Positions 52,770 through 61,893 of a stretch of DNA of 64,000 bases are shown piece after piece. The stretch covers positions 832,001-896,000 of the forward strand of contig OZ250173.1 in NCBI GenBank assembly GCA_965238075.1. Direction: 5' to 3'. The number at the start of each line of letters is the position of its first letter. Position 1 is the first letter of the stretch. The notes below the pieces were generated by a model. It was not told the origin of the DNA and did no database searches. It was given only the letters and a program-made list of their open reading frames with translations. The stretch is from Candidatus Entotheonellaceae bacterium. GTDB lineage: Bacteria; Tectomicrobia; Entotheonellia; Entotheonellales; Entotheonellaceae. A program made the position numbers and the translations under genes.

Positions 52770-54340
52770 CCGGCAAACTTCCCATCAACATCAACCACCT
52801 GCTTCGCCAGCGCGCCATTGAAGGCGAGCGCATCGAGTACAAGGCGGGTTGGAATCCGCAGCGCGTGCTGCACACCATCTGCGCCTTCGCCAACGACTTC
52901 CACAATCTCGGCGGTGGCTACATCGTGTTGGGGGTCGAGGAGCGCGACGGTCTACCAGTGCTGCCGCCTAAGGGCATTCCTCCAGATTCCATCGATGCGA
53001 TCCAGAAGGAACTGCTGAATCTAGGCAATTCGGCCATACAGCCCTATTACCACCCGCTTACGGGGACCTACGCAATTGACGGCCGGACCCTACTCGTGCT
53101 CTGGGTACCCGGCGGCGAAACCCGTCCTTACAAAGCCAAAGTAAATCTCACCAAGGGGCGCCCGGAGTGGGCATACTTCGTTCGCAAACACACAAGCACG
53201 GTCCGTGCGAGAGGCCGCGATGAACGCGAGTTGCTCAGCCTGGCGGCCACCGTGCCCTTTGATGACAGGTATCGCCAGACGGCTTCGCTTGATGACCTTT
53301 CGCATCGGCTTATCCAGGAATTTCTGCGCGACATCGGCAGCGACCTCGCCTCTGAGGCGGTCGGTCTCTCGATTGAGAGCCTGGGTCAACGCATGAACAT
53401 CGTCGGCGGTCCTCCCGAAGCGATGTTCCCCAAGAACGTCGGCTTGCTGTTTTTCAACGACCGCCCGCACGACTTCTTTCCGGCAACCCAGATTGATGTT
53501 GTCTGGTTCCCGGATGGCCCTGGCGGAGACCATTTCGAGGAGAAGGAGTTTCGCGGCCCGCTGTCGATCATCCTCAGCGAGGCGATCAGCTACATCGGAC
53601 GGAACTACCTGAAGGAAACGGTCGTCAAGCATCCACACAAGCCCGAAGCAGAGCGATTCTGGAACTTTCCCATTGGGGCCATCGAAGAGGCACTGGTGAA
53701 TGCGATCTACCACCGCTCGTACGAGGAACGGGAGCCGGTCGAGGTCCGCATTACCCCGGAAGAGTTGGTGGTCTTGAGCTTTCCCGGCGCCGACCGATCC
53801 ATCCGCATGGAAGATTTCAAGAACGGGCAAGCCGTCAGCCGCCGCTACCGCAATCGTCGAATTGGCGAGTTTCTCAAGGAACTCGAGTTGGCCGAGGGCA
53901 GGTCAACCGGAGTCCCCAAGATTCTGCGAGCCATGCGGCAGAACGGCTCCCCGGAACCGGTCTTCGAGAGCGACGAGGACCGAACCTGGTTTCTGGTTCG
54001 GCTGCCGGTGCACGAGCGGGCGGCTAACGTGGCATCCGGGCAAGATACCCTACAAGATACCCCGCAAGATACCCCGCAAGATACCGGACAGGTCACCGAT
54101 CACGTCGAGCAACTCGTGGCTGTCCTCACCGTAAAGATGAGCCGCGCCCAAATCCAGGCAGCATTGCAACTCAAAGACCGGAACCACTTCACCACTGTCT
54201 ATCTGAAGCCCGCCCTCGAAGCCGGCCTAATTGAAATGACGCTCCCCGGCAAGCCGACCAGCCGGAACCAGCGTTATTGGCGAACCGCGGCCGGTGATGC
54301 CTTGACTCGACAAACCATGGGGAAGGATTCGACTGCATGA
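52766..54340 (+). CDS. Schlafen/AlbA_2 + HATPase-like + C-terminal wHTH protein
   Basis: IEYKAG, ICAFAN..GGGYIVLGV, EALVNAIYHRSY, RNRRIGEFL..AEGRSTG, YLKPALEAGLIEMTLP.KPTSRNQRY. Confidence 0.88.
   Translation: MTGKLPININHLLRQRAIEGERIEYKAGWNPQRVLHTICAFANDFHNLGGGYIVLGVEERDGLPVLPPKGIPPDSIDAIQKELLNLGNSAIQPYYHPLTGTYAIDGRTLLVLWVPGGETRPYKAKVNLTKGRPEWAYFVRKHTSTVRARGRDERELLSLAATVPFDDRYRQTASLDDLSHRLIQEFLRDIGSDLASEAVGLSIESLGQRMNIVGGPPEAMFPKNVGLLFFNDRPHDFFPATQIDVVWFPDGPGGDHFEEKEFRGPLSIILSEAISYIGRNYLKETVVKHPHKPEAERFWNFPIGAIEEALVNAIYHRSYEEREPVEVRITPEELVVLSFPGADRSIRMEDFKNGQAVSRRYRNRRIGEFLKELELAEGRSTGVPKILRAMRQNGSPEPVFESDEDRTWFLVRLPVHERAANVASGQDTLQDTPQDTPQDTGQVTDHVEQLVAVLTVKMSRAQIQAALQLKDRNHFTTVYLKPALEAGLIEMTLPGKPTSRNQRYWRTAAGDALTRQTMGKDSTA
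54041..54100 (+). repeat. 12-bp coding tandem repeat (CAAGATACCCCG; QDTP)
   Basis: Four close units plus one degenerate unit. Confidence 0.9.
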
Positions 54341-55829
54341 ACACCGCTCCCATCGTCTCCAAAGTCTGGAGCTTCTGCACCACCCTGCGCGATGACGGGG
54401 TGAGCTACGGCGACTACCTGGAGCAACTCACTTATCTGATCTTCCTCAAGATGGCCGACGCGAGTATGCCAAACCGCCGTACAACCGCGACGTCGGCATC
54501 CCGGCCATATACAACTGGCAAAGCCTGAAGTCGAAAAAAGGCGCGGAACTCGAAGACCACTACGTCGCCCTGCTGCGTGAGCTTGGCACCCGAGCGGGCA
54601 TGCTGGGCCAGATCTTTACCAAGGCGCAGAACAAGATCCAGGACCCGGCGAAGCTGTTCCGCCTCATCGACATGGTGGACGACACCGAATGGGTGACCAT
54701 GGGCGCCGACGTAAAGGGGGACATCTACGAAGGACTTCTGGAAAAGAACGCCGAGGACACCAAATCAGGCGCCGGCCAGTATTTCACGCCGCGCGCCCTT
54801 ATCCGCGCCATGGTGGAATGCGTGCGGCCCGAACCGGGCACGCGCATCGCCGACCCGGCCTGCGGCACCGGCGGCTTCTTTCTGGCCGCTTACGACTTCA
54901 TCACCAACCCGGACAACTTCAGCCTCGACCGGGAGCAGAAAGCCTTCCTGAAGCACAAGGCGTTTCATGGCAACGAGATCGTCGCCAACACGCGGCGGCT
55001 GTGCCTGATGAACATGTTCCTGCACAACATCGGCGAGATCGACGGCGGCGCGCCCATTTCGCCGAACGATTCGCTGGTGGCCGATGCCGGCCAGCGCTTT
55101 GACTACGTGCTGGCGAACCCGCCGTTCGGCAAGAAAAGCTCCATGAGCTTCACGAACGAGGAGGGCGAACAGGAAAGGGACGACCTGACCTACAACCGGC
55201 AGGACTTCTGGGCGACCACCGCGAACAAACAGCTCAATTTCGCGCAGCACATTCGCACCATGCTCAAGACCACCGGCCGGGCTGCCGTCGTCGTGCCGGA
55301 CAACGTGCTGTTCGAGGGCGGGGCCGGCGAGACGATCCGCAAGAAGCTGCTGGACACCACGGACCTGCACACCATCCTGCGCCTGCCGACCGGCGTGTTC
55401 TACGCGCAAGGGGTCAAGGCCAACGTGATCTTCTTCGACAACCGCGAAGCCAGCCCGCACCCCTGGACCAAGCGGGTCTGGTACTACGACTACCGCACCA
55501 ACATCCACCATACGCTGAAGAAGAAGCCGCTGCGTTATGAGGATCTGTCGGACTTCGTCACCTGCTACAACCCGCAGAACCGGCACCAGCGCAAGGCGAC
55601 CTGGGACGAACATGACGCGCCGGACGGCCGCTGGCGCAGCTACAGCTACGAGGAACTGGCGGCCCGCGACAAGACCAGCCTCGACATCTTCTGGCTCAAG
55701 GACAAGAGCCTGACCGACCTGGACAATCTGCCCGAGCCCGACGATCTCGCCGAGGAAATCATCGAGAACCTGGAAGCCGGCCTTAACAGCTTCCGCGCAG
55801 TGCTCGCCGGCTTGCAGCAGACAGGGTAA
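54337..55829 (+). pseudogene. hsdM: Type I RM methyltransferase subunit, frameshifted at ~54460
   Basis: N-terminus ...DYLEQLTYLIFLKMAD joins EYAKPPYN...MLGQIF only if 2 nt are removed; GQYFTPR, DPACGTGGF and NPPF are intact. Confidence 0.9.
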
Positions 55830-55868
55830 AGGAACCAAATGAGGGAGGCGGTCAAGCAAATGATCCCG

Positions 55869-56006
55869 CTACGCTTGTTGCTGTGCTTCCTTGCGCTGCA
55901 AGAAGTGGAAAACGAAGCGGCAGCGATGATCGAGGATTCGGTTGGTGGGCTGGCCGCTGTCGTCGAGTTCCCGGTGGCGCGACGGATACTCGTAGGGCGA
56001 ATTGAG
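55869..56006 (-). pseudogene. Type III restriction (Res) subunit N-terminal fragment
   Basis: LNSPYEYPSRHRELDDSGQPTNRILDHR resembles Type III Res N-termini (ILNSPYEYP.RHWELD..GQPT); recalled pattern, not searched. Confidence 0.65.
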
Positions 56007-56038
56007 GTCTCGATCCGCCGCCGGACATCAGGCGCGGA

Positions 56039-57166
56039 TCACGGATCCTGGTTGTAAACGGTGAGGGACCGCTGCCGGTCCTGGTGTCGTTCGATGGCGA
56101 GGCTCACGAGGTTGTCGATCAGTTGCGTGTAGGACATTCCCCCCGCTTCCCACAGCTTCGGATACATACTGATCGTGGTAAAGCCCGGCAGGGTGTTGAT
56201 TTCGTTCACGTAGGGCTTGCCGGTGCGGGTTTCGAGGAAGAAATCCACCCGTGCCAGCCCGGCGGCGTCGACCGCTTGGAAGGCGGTCACCGCCATGGCG
56301 CGCAGGTTCTCGGCGAGGCCGGCATCGATCTCCGCAGGGATGCGTAGCTCACTCGATTCGTCGTCGCTGTATTTCGCCTGATAGTCGTAAAACTCACGCG
56401 ACGGAATAATCTCGCCGATGACCGAGGCATTCGGTTCATCATTCCCCAATACGCTGCACTCAAACTCACGGCAGTCCAGACCCCGCTCGACCAGCACGCG
56501 ACGGTCGTACCGGCAAGCCAAATCCACAGCGTCCGATAGGCCAGTCGCGTCACCCACCTTGGAAATTCCCACACTCGATCCGAGATTCGCCGGCTTGACG
56601 AACACCGGCAGCCGCAGCGTTTGCAGAATGCGCTCGCGGACAACCGCCGGACGCTGCTCCCACTCGTAGCGCCGGACCAGCTGGTGCGGCACCACGGGCA
56701 GACCGGCGGCGGCGAAAAGCGTCTTCATGACGTCCTTGTCCATGCCTGCAGCTGATCCCAGCACCCCCGATCCGACGTAGGGCACGTTGGCGAGTTCCAG
56801 CAGCCCTTGCACGGTGCCGTCCTCGCCATAGGTGCCGTGCAGCAGCGGAAACACGACGTCCACCGCCTGCGCCTGCTCCGGCTGTACCTCAGCTTTGGAC
56901 AACGGCAACAAGCCGGGCTGTTGGGGATCGCTGGAAAACAAGGCTACCGAAGTAGTGGCAGGACGAGCACCGGCAGTCAGCCGGGCGGGTTCGACTCCTG
57001 GCAGCCAACGTCCCTCGGGCGTCAGGTAGACGGGCAGAACGTCGTACTTATCCCTGTCGATGGCCTGCATCACCGGCGTGGCCGAGGCGATGGACACGTC
57101 GTGCTCACCCGAACGACCGCCGTAGAGGATGGCGAGACGAAGTTTAGGCGAGGCGTTCTTTGGCAT
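56039..57166 (-). CDS. ddl: D-alanine--D-alanine ligase
   Basis: GGRSGEHDVS, LHGTYGEDG, MDK, KPANLGSSVG, YDYQAKY, NEINTLPG. Confidence 0.97.
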   Translation of the reverse strand: MPKNASPKLRLAILYGGRSGEHDVSIASATPVMQAIDRDKYDVLPVYLTPEGRWLPGVEPARLTAGARPATTSVALFSSDPQQPGLLPLSKAEVQPEQAQAVDVVFPLLHGTYGEDGTVQGLLELANVPYVGSGVLGSAAGMDKDVMKTLFAAAGLPVVPHQLVRRYEWEQRPAVVRERILQTLRLPVFVKPANLGSSVGISKVGDATGLSDAVDLACRYDRRVLVERGLDCREFECSVLGNDEPNASVIGEIIPSREFYDYQAKYSDDESSELRIPAEIDAGLAENLRAMAVTAFQAVDAAGLARVDFFLETRTGKPYVNEINTLPGFTTISMYPKLWEAGGMSYTQLIDNLVSLAIERHQDRQRSLTVYNQDP

Positions 57167-57188
57167 GCGCGAACCCCGGGACGACCCT

Positions 57189-58583
57189 TTACAGCAGATA
57201 ACCGTACTTGAAGTTCGATCGTTCGATGCGGCGTTTGAGCTGCGTCACCTTCTCGTTCTCTTCCTGGAACGGGTCGTTGCACTTCACCCACAGATTCAGC
57301 AGGTAGCCGATACGGATATAGTTCCAATCCAGGTCATACGGAATGCGCTTCTTTTTCGCCAGCTTGATCAGTTCGCCACGCATCTTAGCCCGCGTGTTCT
57401 GCGGCGGGTCCACCATGGCTTTTTCGATGTCAGCATCGGAAACGATGCGCTCGACCTGCCCCCGGCGCTCCAGCAGGTAATACAGGCCCTTTTCGCGGCG
57501 AATGTCGTGGTACTGCAGGTCGAGCATCAGCAGCCGGTCGCCCCGCCCTTCGGCGGCCATACGAGAACGCTCGCCGTAGGTCTTGAGCAGGTGCATCTTG
57601 ATCACCCAGTCGATCTCGCGGTGCAGTTGCAGGGGCTCTTCGGCGAGCTTGGTGAGCACGTACTCCCACTTCTGCAGGATGTCGGCGGCCAGTGCGCCCA
57701 TCTTGCGGGTGCTGTAATAAGTGTGGGCCAGTTCGAGATACTGCTTCTGCAACTCCAGGGGCGAATAGCGCTTGCCGTTGTTCAGCGGCACCGACTCGCG
57801 GCAAGTCAGATCGCGCGAGATGTCCTTAATGGCCCGCACCGGGTTGCGCAGGGCAAACCGCGGGGTGATGAAATCGTCTTCGATCATCTGCAGCACGATG
57901 GCGGTGGTACCGACCTTCAGATAGGTGGTGAACTCCGACATGTTGGAATCCCCCACGATGATGTGCAGGCGGCGGTACTTTTCCTTCATGGCGTGCGGTT
58001 CATCGCGGGTATTGATGATGCTGCGCTCGTTGGTCGTGGTGCCGGAAATCTTCTGCCGGATGTGCTGGGCGCGCTGCGAGATGTGAAAGACCGTGCCGCG
58101 GCGGGTGCGGAAGACCTTGCCGGAGCCCGTGAAGATCTGACGGGTGACCAGGAACGGGATGAGCTGCTCGGCCATGTAGTAGAAGTCCGAGGTCCGCTCG
58201 GCGAGGTAATTCTCGTGGCAGCCGTAGGAGTTGCCGACAAAATCGGTGTTGTTCTTGAAAATCGCCAGCTCGCCGGGAAAGCCCTCCTCACGCACCTTGT
58301 TCTGGGCGTGCTGGAGCAGGTTTTCGAGAATGCGGTCGCCGGCCTTGTCGTAGACGACCACGTCCTGCGGGCTGGCGCACTCGGGCGTGGCGTACTCGGG
58401 ATGGCAGCCGGTATCGAGGTAAAAACGGGCACCGTTTTCCAGGAAAACGTTGAGGAAGCCCTCAGTCGTGATCAACTTTTCAAACAGGTAACGAACGACT
58501 TTTTCGGAGGGAAGGGAGCGGCGGCCGTTCGCCGTGAAGGAAATGCCGAATTCATTTTCAAGGCCGTAAATGCGTTTTTTCAT
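57189..58583 (-). CDS. pafA: Pup-protein ligase
   Basis: RIYGLENEFG, NGARFYLDTGCHPEYATPEC, GCHENY, TRDEPHA, DLQYHDI; no Dop loop. Confidence 0.93.
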   Translation of the reverse strand: MKKRIYGLENEFGISFTANGRRSLPSEKVVRYLFEKLITTEGFLNVFLENGARFYLDTGCHPEYATPECASPQDVVVYDKAGDRILENLLQHAQNKVREEGFPGELAIFKNNTDFVGNSYGCHENYLAERTSDFYYMAEQLIPFLVTRQIFTGSGKVFRTRRGTVFHISQRAQHIRQKISGTTTNERSIINTRDEPHAMKEKYRRLHIIVGDSNMSEFTTYLKVGTTAIVLQMIEDDFITPRFALRNPVRAIKDISRDLTCRESVPLNNGKRYSPLELQKQYLELAHTYYSTRKMGALAADILQKWEYVLTKLAEEPLQLHREIDWVIKMHLLKTYGERSRMAAEGRGDRLLMLDLQYHDIRREKGLYYLLERRGQVERIVSDADIEKAMVDPPQNTRAKMRGELIKLAKKKRIPYDLDWNYIRIGYLLNLWVKCNDPFQEENEKVTQLKRRIERSNFKYGYLL

Positions 58584-59290
58584 AGCGCTTCAACTTCATC
58601 GCCAGCAACGGCCATGGCCTCGGCAACGTCGGTTGGCGGCATCCGATAAAACTTGCGGCCGACGCGCTCGCGGTCGAGGATACCGACTTCCAGGACACTG
58701 GCCTCCTCCAGCGGCCGCTCGTAGCCGGCCACGACGCCGCGATGGCTGAGCCGCAGGGCCTCGGGCAGGCTCAGGTTGGCGGCGTAGTGATCCTGCAAAT
58801 AGGCCACGATGCGATCCGAATGGCCACCGATGACCGCAAACTGTTGCCGGTCGCTGATGGAGCCGTCGAACGACACGTGGTACATCTGATTGGTAGCCGG
58901 CGCCTCACCAACCTCCACCACCAGAATCTCTACCTCCAACGGCTTCGGATCGCGCGTAAAGACCGTGCCGATGAGATCGGAGTATCCCTTGGCCAGCGAT
59001 TTGGTGGTCACGTCACGGCGGCTGGAGGCATAGCCGGTAATATCGGCGTAGCGGATGCCGATTTTACGCAAGTTCTCGAATTCGCTGTATTTACCTGCGC
59101 CGGCGAAGGCAATGCGGTCGTAAATTTCGGAAATCTTGTTCAGGGACACACTCGGATTTTCGGCCATCAGCAGCAAGCCGCCGGCGTACTCCATGGCCAC
59201 GATCGACTTGCCCTTGGCGATGCCTTTGCGGGCATACTCGGCCTTGTCCTGCATGACCTGGTCAGGCGAGACGTAGAAGGGAACGGCCAT
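58580..59290 (-). CDS. prcA: 20S proteasome alpha subunit
   Basis: PFYVSPDQVMQDKAEYARKGIAKG, KISEIYDRIAF, KPLEVE. Confidence 0.96.
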   Translation of the reverse strand: MAVPFYVSPDQVMQDKAEYARKGIAKGKSIVAMEYAGGLLLMAENPSVSLNKISEIYDRIAFAGAGKYSEFENLRKIGIRYADITGYASSRRDVTTKSLAKGYSDLIGTVFTRDPKPLEVEILVVEVGEAPATNQMYHVSFDGSISDRQQFAVIGGHSDRIVAYLQDHYAANLSLPEALRLSHRGVVAGYERPLEEASVLEVGILDRERVGRKFYRMPPTDVAEAMAVAGDEVEAL

Positions 59291-59294
59291 GTAC

Positions 59295-60092
59295 TTAGCC
59301 TTTCACGACGCTGAGCAGCCTCTCGCTCACCGCGCACAATTCCTCGTCGTCCACGTCCGCGGTACCGTCAAGGGTGGTGATCTTGACCAACGGATAAATG
59401 CCTCGTGCCAAATCCGGCCCGCTGGTGCCGACGTCTATGTCGGCGGCATCCACCAAGGCTTCGAGTGCCAGGGCAATCGCCTCGGTGCGTGACAGACTAT
59501 CCTTGTACAGCTTGCGCAAGGTGCTGCGGGCCTCTTTTCCCCCGGAGCCGGTGGCGTAGAACTCGCGTTCCTCGTAGCGCCCGCCGGTCACGTCGTACTT
59601 GAAAATGCGGCCCTGCTCGGCGTGGACATCGTAACCGGCGAAAATCGGCACCACGACCAGCCCCTGAAAAGCGGCCGGCAGGTTCTGCTTGACCATCTGT
59701 CCCAGGCGGTTCGCCTTGCCTTCCAAAGTCAGCGGGGCGCCCTCGATCTTCTCGTAGTGCTCCATCTCGATCTGGAACAACTTGGCCATGTCCAAACACG
59801 GCCCGGCGACCCCAGCCATGGCGACGACGGCGTGGCTATCGGCGTTGTAGAGCTTCTCAATGCGCCGCGACGACACCTCGAAGCCCTCGGTGGCCTGCCG
59901 GTCGCCCGCCATCACCACGCCGTCGGCGAAACGCAGCGCCAGGATGGTCGTGGCGAAAGGCAACGTCTCCAGCAGCCGCGACTCGCCAGCGGGTATCTGG
60001 GGCAAATGTTGCAACGGCAGCATGTGCGGAAAATCGTGCCGCAACAGATCGAAGAAACTCGATCCCTTATAGCTGCCTGACCACAACGACAC
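59295..60092 (-). CDS. prcB: 20S proteasome beta subunit (with propeptide)
   Basis: SSFFDLL propeptide, TTILAL..GVVMAGDRQAT, EHYEKIEG, TGSG. Confidence 0.96.
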   Translation of the reverse strand: MSLWSGSYKGSSFFDLLRHDFPHMLPLQHLPQIPAGESRLLETLPFATTILALRFADGVVMAGDRQATEGFEVSSRRIEKLYNADSHAVVAMAGVAGPCLDMAKLFQIEMEHYEKIEGAPLTLEGKANRLGQMVKQNLPAAFQGLVVVPIFAGYDVHAEQGRIFKYDVTGGRYEEREFYATGSGGKEARSTLRKLYKDSLSRTEAIALALEALVDAADIDVGTSGPDLARGIYPLVKITTLDGTADVDDEELCAVSERLLSVVKG

Positions 60093-60093
60093 C

Positions 60094-60348
60094 TTATTCT
60101 CCCCCTCGCTGCACGTAATTCTTCACGAACTCCTCGGCGTTCTCTTCGAGGACCTCGTCGATCTCGTCAATCAAGGCGTCCAGCTCGTCTTTCAGCTTGT
60201 CGCCCTTCTCCGACAGGTCGCTCGCCGGAGTCGTCGTGCTGTCCGTCTGCGTGTCGCTGCGCCGGGTGCCGCGCTGCTGTCCACCCTCGGCGCAGGTGAC
60301 GATTCCGTACCAACGGTCCGTATCTCCAGGGGTCTGCTTGACGATCAT
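60094..60348 (-). CDS. pup: Prokaryotic ubiquitin-like protein Pup (GGE terminus)
   Basis: LIDEIDEVLEENAEEFVKNYVQRGGE; GAAGGAG SD before the ATG. Confidence 0.93.
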   Translation of the reverse strand: MIVKQTPGDTDRWYGIVTCAEGGQQRGTRRSDTQTDSTTTPASDLSEKGDKLKDELDALIDEIDEVLEENAEEFVKNYVQRGGE

Positions 60349-60379
60349 GAGCACTCCTTCCAGCCCGCCCGTGAGCGGA

Positions 60380-61867
60380 TTATGTAACGATATTTTCGAC
60401 CAGTTCCGCCGCGGTCTCCGAGCGTTCGAGCAACTGTTGTACGTGCAACTTGGTGCCGCGCAGGGGTTCGTCCATCATGATGCGCTTGATGGGTCCGTCG
60501 CCGAGGTTGAACGAGATGGAGTCCCAGTTGACGCCGAAAATCTGGTGCTTGAACTTCTTCAGACACTGCCCGCGGAAGTACGCCCGGGTGTCTTCCGGCG
60601 GCTCATCCATGGCATGCACGATCTCCGCCTCGCTGAGCATGCGGCGGGCGGCGCCGTTGCGCTCCAGAATGGCGTACAAGCTCTTCTCCGGGCGAATATC
60701 GTGATATTGCAGGTCCATCATGGCGACACGCGGGTCGTCCCAGTCGCTGCCGCGGCGGTCGATGTAATTGCGCATCAGGTGCATCTTCATCACCCAATCG
60801 ATTTCGCGGTGCAAGTCCATCGGGTCGGCCGCCAAGCAATCGAGCACCTGTCCCCACTCGCGCACCACGCCGGGATAGGTAGGGTGGCAATCCGGGTGCG
60901 TTTCGACGTAGCGCTGCGCCGCCTCCCAAAAGCAGCGCTGGATGTCGATGGCCGTCATTTTGGTGCCGTTGCGCATGGGCAGGGTGAGCTTGCACGTTAG
61001 GTCGTGCGACACGTCCCGCAGCGCCCGAACCGGATTGCGCAAGGCCAAGGGGGCCGGCAGGAAACCCTCCTCGATCATCTCCAGCACGAGGAGCGTTGTG
61101 CCCACTTTCAGGTAAGTAGTGTACTCGGACATGTTGGCATCGCCGATGATCACGTGCAGACGGCGATAACGGTCGCGGTTGGCGTGAGGCTCGTCGCGGG
61201 TGTTGATAATGGGGCGCTTCACCATCGTATCAAGGCCCATCTCGGTCTCGAAGAAATCCGCCCGCTGCGAGATCTGGTAGGGCACCGGCTCGGCGCCGTT
61301 TTCGGAGCCCACCTTGCCGGCGCCGCTGTAGATCTGGCGCGTCACCAGAAACGGCATCAGGTGTTCCGCCAGCAACTGGAAGGGCGTACGACGATCCAGA
61401 AGATAGTTCTCGTGGTAGCCGTAGCTGCTGCCTTTGCGGTCGCTGTTGTTCTTGTAAACGATGATCGTGTGGCCGTTCGGGATGAGTTGGTTCGCGGCGG
61501 CGCAACTGCGGTTCAGGATGCGCTCCCCGGCCTTCTCGTAGCGCAACAGATCCAAAACGTTCGAGCACTCCGGCGTCGAGTACTCCGGGTGTGCGTGATC
61601 TACGTAAAACCGCGCGCCGTTGTTCAGGATCTTGTTCAGCGCCATGTTGTCCTGCTGATCGGGCACCTCGCACATCTCGTCGTGTTCAAAGCCCCGCGCG
61701 TCCACCAACGGCTCTTCCTGATCGTAATCCCACAACAGTCTCAACGACTGATCGGTGTTGTAGCTGTTGACCAGCAACAACGAGGTGGCGATCGAGTCGA
61801 AATCCCGGTCGTTCTGCACGGTAAGGCCGAATTCCGTTTCCGAACCGATAATCTTGGGGAATGCCAT
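60380..61867 (-). CDS. dop: Depupylase/deamidase Dop
   Basis: IIGSETEFG, Dop loop WDYDQEEPLVDARGF, FYVDHAHPEYSTPE, NWDSI, EPLRGT. Confidence 0.95.
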   Translation of the reverse strand: MAFPKIIGSETEFGLTVQNDRDFDSIATSLLLVNSYNTDQSLRLLWDYDQEEPLVDARGFEHDEMCEVPDQQDNMALNKILNNGARFYVDHAHPEYSTPECSNVLDLLRYEKAGERILNRSCAAANQLIPNGHTIIVYKNNSDRKGSSYGYHENYLLDRRTPFQLLAEHLMPFLVTRQIYSGAGKVGSENGAEPVPYQISQRADFFETEMGLDTMVKRPIINTRDEPHANRDRYRRLHVIIGDANMSEYTTYLKVGTTLLVLEMIEEGFLPAPLALRNPVRALRDVSHDLTCKLTLPMRNGTKMTAIDIQRCFWEAAQRYVETHPDCHPTYPGVVREWGQVLDCLAADPMDLHREIDWVMKMHLMRNYIDRRGSDWDDPRVAMMDLQYHDIRPEKSLYAILERNGAARRMLSEAEIVHAMDEPPEDTRAYFRGQCLKKFKHQIFGVNWDSISFNLGDGPIKRIMMDEPLRGTKLHVQQLLERSETAAELVENIVT

Positions 61868-61893
61868 GCCGCCTCCGCGAAGCCCGCTCAGCC

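Noticed and set aside
55839..56057. 72-aa plus-strand ORF after hsdM
   Set aside because: Better explained as the antisense of the Type III res fragment
60094..60348. UBact instead of Pup
   Set aside because: The C-terminal half has the Pup signature DEIDEVLEENAEEFV...GGE
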